This document shows, piece after piece, positions 47,003 through 55,765 of a stretch of DNA of 59,719 nt. Source of the stretch: a bacterium. Its GTDB lineage: Bacteria; Vulcanimicrobiota; Vulcanimicrobiia; Vulcanimicrobiales; SCRA01. The notes under the pieces were generated by a model. That model worked only from the letters and a program-made list of their open reading frames with translations, did not search any database and was not told where the DNA came from. Every line of letters begins with the position of its first letter. Position 1 is the first letter of the stretch. The position numbers and the translations under genes were made by a program. The stretch spans positions 1-59,719 of the forward strand of contig SCQY01000254.1 in the NCBI GenBank assembly GCA_004298665.1, given 5' to 3'.

Positions 47003-47962
47003 TTAGTCACCCTTCGAAGGCGTTTCGGCGAGGGGGCGTGCCTGGGCCCACGTGCGTGCGAAGCGCGCCGCGAGCGAGGCGGAGAGGGACGGGTCGGTAG
47101 TCGTAAGGCCCCAATCGAGTTGCTCCGGAACGCCGCGGGTTGCGTTCGCAGATCCGACCCAAGCCGATCTCCCAGCGATGGCCATCTTCTCATCGGAGAA
47201 CGAGATACGCACCTGGACGCCAACGCTGGCGAGACGCTCAAGGTCTTTGCGCTCATACCGGGACGCTTCCACCTCGCGCTGCGCTACGATCAGTTGCACG
47301 GAAGCGCCGCGACGAACTCTATCGAGAAGAGCATCGTAGACGGGGTTGCGCCAGCCGAAGGACTCGCTCTCGACTGCGACGGGACCACGCGCCTGGAGCA
47401 GGAGCGCTGCCTCCGCTTGGAGCGCAGCGGCCTTCGTCGTCTGGAGGTGCGCGCTCGAGGTCGGCGCACCAGTGAGCGCGGCCCCGACTTGATGGGCGTC
47501 CGCCGGGTCGTGGTCGGCGACGATCGTCTGGTTCGGTCCGTCGCCGAAGTTCGTGTCGTCGAGGTATACGGCGCCGGCGATCACGACCGCCTTTAGGTGG
47601 AGCGCGCGCGCGGACCGGAATACGTTGATGCGGTGACGGTGAAGCTCGGCGGTTACGGCTGCGTTGGTTTTGCCGACGAAGCCCGAGGGGTCGTAGGGAT
47701 CCCCAGGGAGGAGCACTTGCGCGCGACTCCCGTCGTCGCCAGCGCGCTCGAGAGCTTCGACCACGACGCTGCTTGGTTCCAGGACATAGGCCGAGACGAG
47801 AACCTGGCGGGCGCCCTCGATAGCGGCGGCGACCGTTTGCGGGCTGACTACCGCGATCGTCTGGGCGCCGGAGACCGGCGCCGGCTGCGTCGCAAGCCAT
47901 ATCGTGCCGCAGAGCGCGACCGCGGGAAGCAGCTGCGAGGAGGCGAGGCGATGAATGCGCAT
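47003..47962 (-). CDS. Secreted phospholipase-D-superfamily protein (degenerate HKD motifs)
   Basis: Signal peptide; HLKAVVIA...DDTNF and DEKMAIAG...VGSAN. Confidence 0.7.
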   Translation of the reverse strand: MRIHRLASSQLLPAVALCGTIWLATQPAPVSGAQTIAVVSPQTVAAAIEGARQVLVSAYVLEPSSVVVEALERAGDDGSRAQVLLPGDPYDPSGFVGKTNAAVTAELHRHRINVFRSARALHLKAVVIAGAVYLDDTNFGDGPNQTIVADHDPADAHQVGAALTGAPTSSAHLQTTKAAALQAEAALLLQARGPVAVESESFGWRNPVYDALLDRVRRGASVQLIVAQREVEASRYERKDLERLASVGVQVRISFSDEKMAIAGRSAWVGSANATRGVPEQLDWGLTTTDPSLSASLAARFARTWAQARPLAETPSKGD

Positions 47963-48125
47963 GATCAGAGAGCTCCTTTTGGAAAGGGCCACAAGCGGCG
48001 ATTCGGGCGCACCGGGTTCCTGAAGGTCAACGGCGCGCCCAACGCGGTGCCGTGCTGGGAAGAGGCCCGCCGCAAAGCTGCGGCAGGACTCTCACCTGCA
48101 AGAACTTGAGCAGCTTGCAAACCAC

Positions 48126-48581
48126 TCAGAACGGGATTTCGTCGTCCATCTCCTCGCCGGAGCTTTGATTGCCGCCGCCCGTTGCACGATATGCGCTCTC
48201 GCCAAATCCGTCGAAGTCGCGGGCCGAACCATTCGAGGGGCTTCCCTGGTTGGAACGATCCAGCATCTGCATGTCGTTGGCAATGACGTCGACGGCCTTT
48301 CGTTTTACGCCGTCGCGGTCTTCGTAAGATCGGATCTGGATGCGCCCATCGATTAGGACCAGCATCCCCTTTTTGAGGTAGGTGTTGCAGGTCTCGGCGA
48401 GCTTCTCCCAGGCCGTGACGTCGAAGAAGTCCGTCTCGCGATTCTCACGATTCGCGCCACGACCGCGTCGATCGACGGCGACCGTAAACTTCGTGACGGT
48501 GGAACCACTCGAGAGCGCGCGCATCTCGGGATCGCGTGTCAGTCGTCCTACGCAGATGAACTTGTTGAAACTGCCGGCCAT
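48126..48581 (-). CDS. ssb: Single-stranded DNA-binding protein
   Basis: NKFICVGRLTRDPE, TDFFDVTAWEKLAE, YLKKG..V..DGRIQ.R.YED, C-terminal DDEIPF. Confidence 0.95.
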   Translation of the reverse strand: MAGSFNKFICVGRLTRDPEMRALSSGSTVTKFTVAVDRRGRGANRENRETDFFDVTAWEKLAETCNTYLKKGMLVLIDGRIQIRSYEDRDGVKRKAVDVIANDMQMLDRSNQGSPSNGSARDFDGFGESAYRATGGGNQSSGEEMDDEIPF

Positions 48582-49025
48582 GCTGCTCCTCTGTCGGTGT
48601 CGTGGTGGCTTACTACAAGGATACCATCATTGGGAACGCAAGCATCTGCACAGGCACAAGATCAGGTACATGGCAGGAAGTTGGCCGGCTTAGGTGATGA
48701 GACCTGCCGTGTCGCGGCGGCCAAATGGGCGGATGTGTATCTGGCAGATCAGCTAGCGGCTCGGCGGACGGCACCGGGCCTGGCCAGGGCGCGGGATCTG
48801 GAAGGCCTCCATGCTGACGGCTTAGCCCGGCCTGTACTCGGAGCCACAATGGTCGGCGGCCGCCACGATAATCGGCGACGCCGAAAGGACGTGGCCACGG
48901 GACGGATTCGGATGGGCCGGAGCGTCCCGAGCGTTGCCAGTCCCGTGCCACCTTAGTGGCGACCCGGCGGGGGTGGCCAAGCGGCGGCCGCCGCCGCCAA
49001 CGCCACTCCGGCGCGGGTGTGCCGC

Positions 49026-49439
49026 CTAATCCTCTCCGGGAAGGAGGATCGTGAGCGCCGGCTCTACATCATCGCCAGGGCCGCAGATGCACTCAAGTAC
49101 CACACGCTGTGGGAGGCGGCCGGATCCGGCGCGCGTTGTGCGCATGACCTCGAACGTGGTGCGGTTACTCGCTGAGGCGGCCCGGCTACGCCGAAGTGTA
49201 AAGCCTAGGACAGCGAGAACGTCGGCGAGGCGCCCTGTCTCGTCTTGAACGGTCCCCTTGCGCCGGTCGTCTGCCTCCGTCCATTCGACGCAATCGGTCC
49301 ACGCGGCCCTGGTCATCGCGACGGGATACCGGATGCCAAACTCGCGCGCGGCGGCACTAACGTCGATGAGCACACCGTCGTCGATGGCATCCGTTCGCGA
49401 ATAGCTGTCGATCAGGTCATCCTGCGTGAACAAGCTCAT
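49026..49439 (-). CDS. DUF6573-like protein
   Basis: YSRTDAIDDGVLIDV, QDETGRL.DVL, GPGDD.EP..TILLPGED; TACAAT-6nt-ATG start. Confidence 0.7.
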   Translation of the reverse strand: MSLFTQDDLIDSYSRTDAIDDGVLIDVSAAAREFGIRYPVAMTRAAWTDCVEWTEADDRRKGTVQDETGRLADVLAVLGFTLRRSRAASASNRTTFEVMRTTRAGSGRLPQRVVLECICGPGDDVEPALTILLPGED

Positions 49440-49576
49440 ACGTCCATTGTAGAGCGCGCGCCGTTGGGCGGCAGCTGCGGCTCTCGTCAAGGGCCACGTC
49501 CGAAAACGCTAGCGTGCAGAGCCGCGCCTCTGCTAAAATTGCAACGAAGACTCACCGCTGGATGCAGGGGAGATCG

Positions 49577-49771
49577 ATGAGTAGCACCGAGATGGAGCAA
49601 GTCTTTCGAGAGGTCCACGGTAGCCTAATGCTGGAGGGCCTGGCCCCCGACGAGTTCACGCGGGGCCTCGAGGCGCAGATCTGTGCCGAGCGTCTCACGA
49701 TCGACGAGGCGCTCGCGAAGGCGAGAGAACACTACGGCGCGCTGGCGGCGCAACGACGCCACGATGGGTGA
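49577..49771 (+). CDS. VbhA/FicA-like antitoxin
   Basis: GSLMLEG inhibitory motif; overlaps fic start; extended -10 TGCTAAAAT at 49531. Confidence 0.75.
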   Translation: MSSTEMEQVFREVHGSLMLEGLAPDEFTRGLEAQICAERLTIDEALAKAREHYGALAAQRRHDG

Positions 49772-50441
49772 GCCGTGGCGCGACCCGTATCTTACGCCGG
49801 GCGGCGTTCTCATAAACCGCTGGGGGATTGAGGACCAGGACCTCCTTGAGGCTACGGAGACCGCGTTTACTGACCTTCGGCTCGCCGAGCTTGCGCAGCA
49901 GCCCATCATCGGCGCATTCGACCTAGACCACCTGCGCGCGGTCCACCGGCATATCTTCCAGGACGTATTCGAATGGGCCGGCGAGGACCGCACGGTCGAG
50001 ATTGCCAAGGCACATCTCTTTTGCGAGCGTGCCGCAATCAATGCCGAAGGGTCCCGGATCTTCGGCGCACTACGCAAGGAGAAGGACCTCGTCGACCTAC
50101 CACGGGAGAAGTTCGTGCGGCGCGCCGCCCACTACTACGACCAAGTGAACCAGCTCCACCCGTTTCGCGAGGGCAACGGTCGGGCTCAACGCGAGTTCTT
50201 TCGCCAGCTCTCGCTCGAGGCCGGCTGGCCGCTGAGGTGGGACCGCCTCGGGATCGAGCACGGGGACCCGGGCAAAGACATCCTTACGGGCGCGTGCATC
50301 GAAGCGATGGATGGTCGGCTCGATGCTCTGGAAGCCGTCGTTGACATGTGCGCCGATCGCGAGCGTTTCGGAGTTCCGGCGGTAGGCGGCGAAGAGGGGC
50401 CGCGGATCAAGCACCGAGGCGTCGGCCAGATCAAGCTATGA
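49764..50441 (+). CDS. fic: Fic-family AMPylase (FicT/VbhT-like toxin)
   Basis: DPYL..GGVLINR, HRHIFQDVFEWAG, canonical HPFREGNGRAQR. Confidence 0.92.
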   Translation: MGEPWRDPYLTPGGVLINRWGIEDQDLLEATETAFTDLRLAELAQQPIIGAFDLDHLRAVHRHIFQDVFEWAGEDRTVEIAKAHLFCERAAINAEGSRIFGALRKEKDLVDLPREKFVRRAAHYYDQVNQLHPFREGNGRAQREFFRQLSLEAGWPLRWDRLGIEHGDPGKDILTGACIEAMDGRLDALEAVVDMCADRERFGVPAVGGEEGPRIKHRGVGQIKL

Positions 50442-50837
50442 GGCGACGGTACTCCCGGCGCCGATTGGAGCGGGACGTACTTTACCTCTTCGCAGGCATG
50501 GCCGTGCTCGGCTGGCTGACCGAGGGCGGGTGGAAGCCGTATGCTGCCGCTGCGTGGCGGGGCATCGCAGACGGTCCCTGCGGCTATCCCGATCGCGGCG
50601 GCCGCCGCGGTTTCATCCCTCGTGTACGGTCTCGTGGCCGCGATGCGGGACGAACGCCGGCGGCGGCGCTGGTCGATGACCTGCCGACTACGCGAGATGG
50701 ACGGCTTGGCGTTCGAGCGGCACGTAGCCAAGACGTATCGCACGTATCGCACGTTCGGTTACCGCGCCGAATTGACGAAGGCGAGCGGGGACCAGGGTGC
50801 CGACGTCGTGGGGGGGGAGCTGCGCAGCGTCGTGTAG
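50438..50837 (+). pseudogene. Broken second copy of the membrane Mrr-cat gene
   Basis: RLREMDGLAFERHVA..GYRAELTKASGDQGADVV then premature stop; frame change upstream; 9-nt tandem duplication (YRTYRT). Confidence 0.65.
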
Positions 50838-50852
50838 CGTCGCAGACGTGGC

Positions 50853-51875
50853 CTACTGGGGGAGCGTCGCCGGTGCGCGCTTTCCGGCCTTGCGTAGCGA
50901 CCGTGCACGCTGCAGGACCGGCTTGAGGTCGGCGAGCGTCCTCCCACCGTGGAGGCCGCCGCGCTTCAGCACCGCGTCGTCCTGCTCGCCGCGGAAGGCC
51001 GCGTGCGCTAGCGCCCCTAGGCGCAAGCTGTGTGGCGAGCAGCTCTCGGGGTCGATGCCAGCGGCGGCGCAGCGGCGAACGACGATCGCGTAGATTGTGC
51101 GCGGGGAGAGCGCCTCCGGTAGGATATGACCCTCTTCGTCGACGTGGCGCCAAACGAGTCCCCGCTCGATAGCGGCCAGACGCAGCCAGCCTTCTAGGCC
51201 GATCACTGGGCACAGAATTGGCGAGGCGCTGTACTCGAGCGTGACATCGCGTTCGCGCTGCGGGAGATCCGAGGCGTTGACGCGCAGGCGCAGCCCGCGG
51301 TCAGCCGCGGCGATCTGCTCGGCTTCCAGGCGCGCCAGCTCGGCACGACGGAGGGCGCCGTGGAAGAAGACCAGGATCATCGCGCGGTCACGGGCGTCCA
51401 CGGCGCGATCGTGGGCGCTGGCGAACCGTCCCGCGACCCGTAGCTCGCGATCCATCGCGTCGATAATGGCGCGCAGCCCTGTTTCCATGATGGCGAGCTT
51501 GCGCTCGCGCGGCCGCCGGTCTTCCGTGAGGATACCCAACCAGAGGCGGCGCACGGCGTCGTCTTGGGTTGGATCAGGGAAACGGTGCTCGCGGTGCTTG
51601 GCGCGAATTGCGGCGCGGCGCTGCTTAAGCGTGCTCACGGAGGCTCCGTCGCTACTATCCCAGCGGTCGGCGAGATAGAGGCGGACGGAGTCGGGATGAG
51701 CCGGGAGGGCCTTGCGGCCGTTCAACTCGCACCATTCGGCGAAGTCGCGCCACGAACGGCCATAGGCCAGGCGGGTGTTCTCCGGCTGGCCTGCGGCTGC
51801 GAGGGTGGTGGCGCTGGCTTCTAGCGCGCGCTGGTCGCGCCGGCCGTCCGCCAGAAGGTGGAGCTGACGCGGCAT
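50853..51875 (-). CDS. Tyrosine-recombinase-family protein, apparently lacking catalytic Lys and Tyr
   Basis: NTRLAYGRSWRDF, RDRAMILVFFHGALRRAEL, CPV, HSLR; no Tyr after HSLR; TAGACT-6nt-ATG start. Confidence 0.8.
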   Translation of the reverse strand: MPRQLHLLADGRRDQRALEASATTLAAAGQPENTRLAYGRSWRDFAEWCELNGRKALPAHPDSVRLYLADRWDSSDGASVSTLKQRRAAIRAKHREHRFPDPTQDDAVRRLWLGILTEDRRPRERKLAIMETGLRAIIDAMDRELRVAGRFASAHDRAVDARDRAMILVFFHGALRRAELARLEAEQIAAADRGLRLRVNASDLPQRERDVTLEYSASPILCPVIGLEGWLRLAAIERGLVWRHVDEEGHILPEALSPRTIYAIVVRRCAAAGIDPESCSPHSLRLGALAHAAFRGEQDDAVLKRGGLHGGRTLADLKPVLQRARSLRKAGKRAPATLPQ

Positions 51876-51942
51876 GCGCTAAGTCTACCCCGAACGCACG
51901 TTTGGGGCAAGCCGTTGAACGCCGGCGCCACCGCGCCGGGGG

Positions 51943-52284
51943 CTATCCCGTGGGCAACGAGAATCCCGAACAGCGTCTGGCTCGTGCCCTAGAGCGAAAT
52001 GCTCGGCGGTGCGTGGCGACGTACCGGAACGCCACGGTGCGAGGTGCGATCTCCGGCGCCCCGTAGGCATTCGCCGCCTCCCGAAGCGCCGTACGCCGCA
52101 AGGCGTCGACCCTATTGGTCGTCGGGTCGTCAATCACGCGCTCGAGAGCTGAGCGCAGGGCCCGACCCACGATCGGGCCGCCACGGAAGCCCGCCTGCTC
52201 TAGGCCCTGCTCGACCAAGAGGGCCTTGACATAACGCCAGTCGATCGCTAATTCCGCCACCGAGAGCGCCAGCAGCTCAGCCAT
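51943..52284 (-). CDS. Hypothetical protein
   Basis: GGAG RBS, coupled to the GNAT gene. Confidence 0.4.
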   Translation of the reverse strand: MAELLALSVAELAIDWRYVKALLVEQGLEQAGFRGGPIVGRALRSALERVIDDPTTNRVDALRRTALREAANAYGAPEIAPRTVAFRYVATHRRAFRSRARARRCSGFSLPTG

Positions 52285-52286
52285 CC

Positions 52287-52904
52287 TTATCTCCTGAAGC
52301 GGACGTAGCCTCGCTCGTGCGGCTCGCGATCGTCGTTCCAACGTGCTAGGACCGGCACATGAAACAACGGCCGGCACCAACGCACGACCCTTGCCTCGGC
52401 CACAAGGCACATCGGATTCGTCCGAATGGCAGGCTCAATTCTCGCTGCGATGGCATGGATGCAGGCACGTGCATAGCCATGGCCGCGGTGCTCCTCCGCG
52501 ACGTAAACGCCGAGGAGGCCGATCCGATTACCGTATTGCTTTGGCGCCGGCGAGGACCAGCAATCGCCGATGCACGTGGGCATGAGCAGCGCGTGCGCAA
52601 CTGCTTCGCCGCCCGTCCGAACGATAGCCGCAACGCGCGGCGCATCAGCGTAGAAGACTGACCGCCTGAACAAGCCCTCCGCGTTGAAGAGTCTGGCGTC
52701 GGCGATCTCCTCTGCGAAGCACGGCTTCTGGCTAACGTGCGTGATGACCCCAGGAGCGGGCGCCGATGATCTCGACGTAAAGACGCGCGACCAGAAGGCC
52801 CACTGCGCCCGGTTCATCCTGTGCATCGCGACGGCCTCAGTCTCGGGCTGCGTGTCGCGAGCGGGGCAGACGTCCACCACCTCCGCTATCGCCATCTGCT
52901 CCAT
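52287..52904 (-). CDS. GNAT-fold acetyltransferase-like protein
   Basis: LLGVYVAEEHRGHGYARACI acetyl-CoA motif; leaderless start. Confidence 0.65.
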   Translation of the reverse strand: MEQMAIAEVVDVCPARDTQPETEAVAMHRMNRAQWAFWSRVFTSRSSAPAPGVITHVSQKPCFAEEIADARLFNAEGLFRRSVFYADAPRVAAIVRTGGEAVAHALLMPTCIGDCWSSPAPKQYGNRIGLLGVYVAEEHRGHGYARACIHAIAARIEPAIRTNPMCLVAEARVVRWCRPLFHVPVLARWNDDREPHERGYVRFRR

Positions 52905-52918
52905 ACGCCTAGTATGAC
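52902..52918 (-). promoter_or_regulatory. Palindrome variant, leaderless type
   Basis: GTCATACT-AGG-CGTATG. Confidence 0.55.
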
Positions 52919-53027
52919 ACGTGCGAGGGATGCGCCGCCATCGTCCTTTGTCAACCGCGCCGATTGTATGCAATGGCAAAGGGTTGTAGCGCCGCCGGCG
53001 GCGCCGCGCAGGCTCAGCTTATTCGCC

Positions 53028-53333
53028 TTAGTCACGATCATCCGCCCTCGCCTCGCAGTCATCCGCGTACTCTCGGAGGTGTTGCGCGCATGCGAGCGCT
53101 CCCAGATCTTCGCAGGCCAACGCCACGCGCCGCAGCTCAATCGCGCGGTGGACGCCGGTGGGCCTGGCGGCGTCGATGGCGTCCCAGCGTGCCAGGGCCA
53201 AGTCGCGACCGCGCTCGAACGCGCGCTGTTCATCGTGGCGGTTGACGCGCTTGATCCCGTGCATCCGCTCGCGGAGCTCGGCCACGGCCCGGTATCCAGC
53301 GGCTTCTGCATGCGGTTCGCGTTGACTGGCCAT
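53028..53333 (-). CDS. Hypothetical helical protein
   Basis: GAGGAG RBS; TATACT half-site at about 53387-53403 upstream. Confidence 0.5.
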   Translation of the reverse strand: MASQREPHAEAAGYRAVAELRERMHGIKRVNRHDEQRAFERGRDLALARWDAIDAARPTGVHRAIELRRVALACEDLGALACAQHLREYADDCEARADDRD

Positions 53334-53712
53334 CACGTTCTCTCCTCGTGTGTTCATCATCATTCACGACACGACGGTGTGCGTTGGTATCTCTAGTATA
53401 GTGCTCCCCATAACCACACGTGCTGCGTCTCTTCGTCACCATGAGATACCATTGTCGACTCACCCGGCCACCGCGCGGCCGCCTCGCGGTGCGCGCGCAG
53501 CGCGCAAGAAGTTGACGAAGAAGAAGCGCACGGGAGGCGCGGCGGGGGAGCGGTGCGGTTATGGGGAGACGGTGCGCTGCTCCGCACTGATCGCCGTGCG
53601 TCGTGGCTAGCGGAGGTCGGACAGGCGCGGACGGACGGCCGCAAAGACGGCGAAGCGACGACGGGCGGGAAGCGGAAGTCTACAGAGCTCCGCTAAGGGG
53701 AACTACCTGCGC

Positions 53713-53856
53713 GTGAGAGACATCGACGGCTCCCTGCTCGACCTCAGCTCCCCGGAGAGCCGGCCACGCGGCGACGTCGCGACGATTGTGTGGCCTTGGC
53801 TCCTCGAGGAGTTGCAAGCGTGGCTTGTGCGCTACGATCGCCGGTACGGCTCCTAA
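53713..53856 (+). CDS. 47-aa micro-protein, paralogue A (not in ORF track)
   Basis: MRDIDGSLLDLSSPESRPRGDVATIVWPWLLEELQAWLVRYDRRYGS; similar to 57696..57845. Confidence 0.65.
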   Translation: MRDIDGSLLDLSSPESRPRGDVATIVWPWLLEELQAWLVRYDRRYGS

Positions 53857-55337
53857 GCCGCCTCAGCGGTCGTGCCTACCCCGACCGCGAAGATGCCAGG
53901 CTGTTTGAGCGCCAGCGCCGCAACCTGCCCGCCGATACGCGTCGTCGCACGGTAGTAGCCTTCGGTGAAGTGGTCGTCGGCGTAGTAGTGAGCAAACTCG
54001 TGAATGATGATGTTCAGGACGCCGGCGATATGCTTGGCATCGAGTGAAAACCAGGCGTGACGTAGCGTTTGCAGGTTGAAGTCGAGTTGCCGCCCTCCGA
54101 AGCAGGCGTAGAAGTCGCCCCGCGCTCGTACGATGCGCACGGTCGGCGTGTAACCCAAGACGTGCTCACCGAGCCGCGCCGCCAGCGTTGTGACGTCGCG
54201 CATCCCAGGAGTGTAGTCGGAAGAGTCGATCACCGGAACCTGCTCGGCATCCTCGCCGTCGCTGTAGGGCTTCACGGTTGGCGTGACTTGCCCAGCGGGG
54301 AGAATCTCCGTGCTCTCCTTGACCGCCGCCCACTGCGCCTTCGAGAACGCGCCGCCAGCGATCACCGTGTAGCCCTCGGACGCCGCCTTCGTGTTGGCTT
54401 CGCGGTCGGAGGGGTCGTAGACGACGACCTTCTCGCCGAACCGCTCCCGGACCACGCTCCGTACCGCCTCGGGGCTCACCCGGTCGTCCTCGAGCGCGTT
54501 GCCAACCCACGTTGACGCGGCGCTCTCCTTGTCGAGCATGGCGTGGGTGGCGTTCAGTACCTCGGCGCGCAGAGTGCGGAGATAGCTCGGCGTCACGTTG
54601 TCGCGGTCCTGATTTAACGGAACCTTCTGGAGCACGTTGACGTGGTAGCGATCGCCGATCTCCACGACCGGAATGCCCATTTCGTAGATGGTCGCCTCTT
54701 CGCCGTCCAGAGGCTCGTACAGTTCGACGCCCGTCTTGCGCGTCGTGCGGCGCAGGATGCCCTCGGCGTCGGCAAGCACCGTAGGAAGGCTCACCTCGAA
54801 CGTCGCGATAGGCTTGCGACACGGGATACACTCACCATTGAAGATCGTCTCGATCTCGGTGGGAGGAATGAGGCGCCGCAGGTCGTGCTGAACCTCCCTG
54901 ATCTCGGCCTGCGTCATCGCGATGATCGCCTCGAACCGGCTTCCCATCTCGGTGCGCTCGAAGTTGAGTTGGCGATCGCCGTCTGCCGTGAACGTCACAC
55001 CGCCCGACGTCGAGATGATCGCCGCCTGCTCGCACAGTGCGAGCACCAGCTTCTCGCCCAAGTTGAAGCGCCCGCGCTTGGTTGCGTCGGCCTTCTTGGT
55101 CGACTCCGCGAACAACGTATAGGCGTGGCTGAGATCCTTGAAGCCGTCCGGGTTATCATCCGCGACGATTAAGCGCGCTTTCCCGCGCTTGCCGGGAATA
55201 GGCGCAAGGGTCCCGACGACTTTCTTCGTCTGCTCGTCCCACGCGTTCTGGAACAGCTCGTACAGCAGAAAGCCTTTCGGCTTATCGGCGACGAGTTTAC
55301 GAAGCCCCTCTTTATCGACTGTAAACCAACTTGGCAT
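53853..55337 (-). CDS. GHKL ATPase with C-terminal HExxH zincin-like domain
   Basis: ELFQNAWD (N box), DDNPDG, KRGRFNLGEK; IIIHEFAH. Confidence 0.75.
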   Translation of the reverse strand: MPSWFTVDKEGLRKLVADKPKGFLLYELFQNAWDEQTKKVVGTLAPIPGKRGKARLIVADDNPDGFKDLSHAYTLFAESTKKADATKRGRFNLGEKLVLALCEQAAIISTSGGVTFTADGDRQLNFERTEMGSRFEAIIAMTQAEIREVQHDLRRLIPPTEIETIFNGECIPCRKPIATFEVSLPTVLADAEGILRRTTRKTGVELYEPLDGEEATIYEMGIPVVEIGDRYHVNVLQKVPLNQDRDNVTPSYLRTLRAEVLNATHAMLDKESAASTWVGNALEDDRVSPEAVRSVVRERFGEKVVVYDPSDREANTKAASEGYTVIAGGAFSKAQWAAVKESTEILPAGQVTPTVKPYSDGEDAEQVPVIDSSDYTPGMRDVTTLAARLGEHVLGYTPTVRIVRARGDFYACFGGRQLDFNLQTLRHAWFSLDAKHIAGVLNIIIHEFAHYYADDHFTEGYYRATTRIGGQVAALALKQPGIFAVGVGTTAEAA

Positions 55338-55364
55338 TGGAGCGCTCTCCTCACATTGCACGAA

Positions 55365-55381
55365 GATACTATAAGTATAGT
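55365..55381 (-). promoter_or_regulatory. Palindrome copy, leadered type
   Basis: ACTATACT-TAT-AGTATC, upstream of the GHKL gene. Confidence 0.7.
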
Positions 55382-55765
55382 ATGCGCAACGCCCGCGCGC
55401 TGTCTCTCTCTCATCACTACCACGCGCGACATATGGAAGAAGGCCACGCTAGGGTGCCGCCGCAGCTCGCGCCAAGCGCGGCCCTCATGTCTCAACTCGA
55501 TCCGCGATGCTCACGGCGTACAGCGTAAAGTACTTCGCCCACTCGTCGCGGGCGGTGTGCCGCTGCACGCACAGCCAGGGAATATACCGCGGCTCCTTGG
55601 GAGCCCGGCGCAGCTGCGGCCTCCGCCGGCGTCACCCGACGCATCGAGGGGCGTGGAGGTAACAGCGTCGGCTCCGCAGCTGCGAACGCCGCGATTCGGC
55701 CGCCATAACTGAACGTCACCTCGAAGAACACGCTGCGCCCGCGCTTGACCTGCGGGTTACCGTTA

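Noticed and set aside
50759-50947. Frameshift restoring the recombinase tyrosine (HGRY in another frame)
   Set aside because: The alternative frame does not resemble the GHxS...RY consensus and the main frame continues cleanly to a stop.
13244-55381. Palindrome as a CRISPR repeat, integron attC or loxP/dif-type recombination site
   Set aside because: Copies are irregularly spaced over kilobases, there are no cas genes, no attC R-box/L-box structure, and a 3-nt spacer is too short for a tyrosine-recombinase crossover region.
13244-55381. Palindrome as a known LexA box or Deinococcus RDRM
   Set aside because: It does not match GAAC-N4-GTTC, CTGT-N8-ACAG or the RDRM consensus. An uncharacterised host repressor cannot be excluded.
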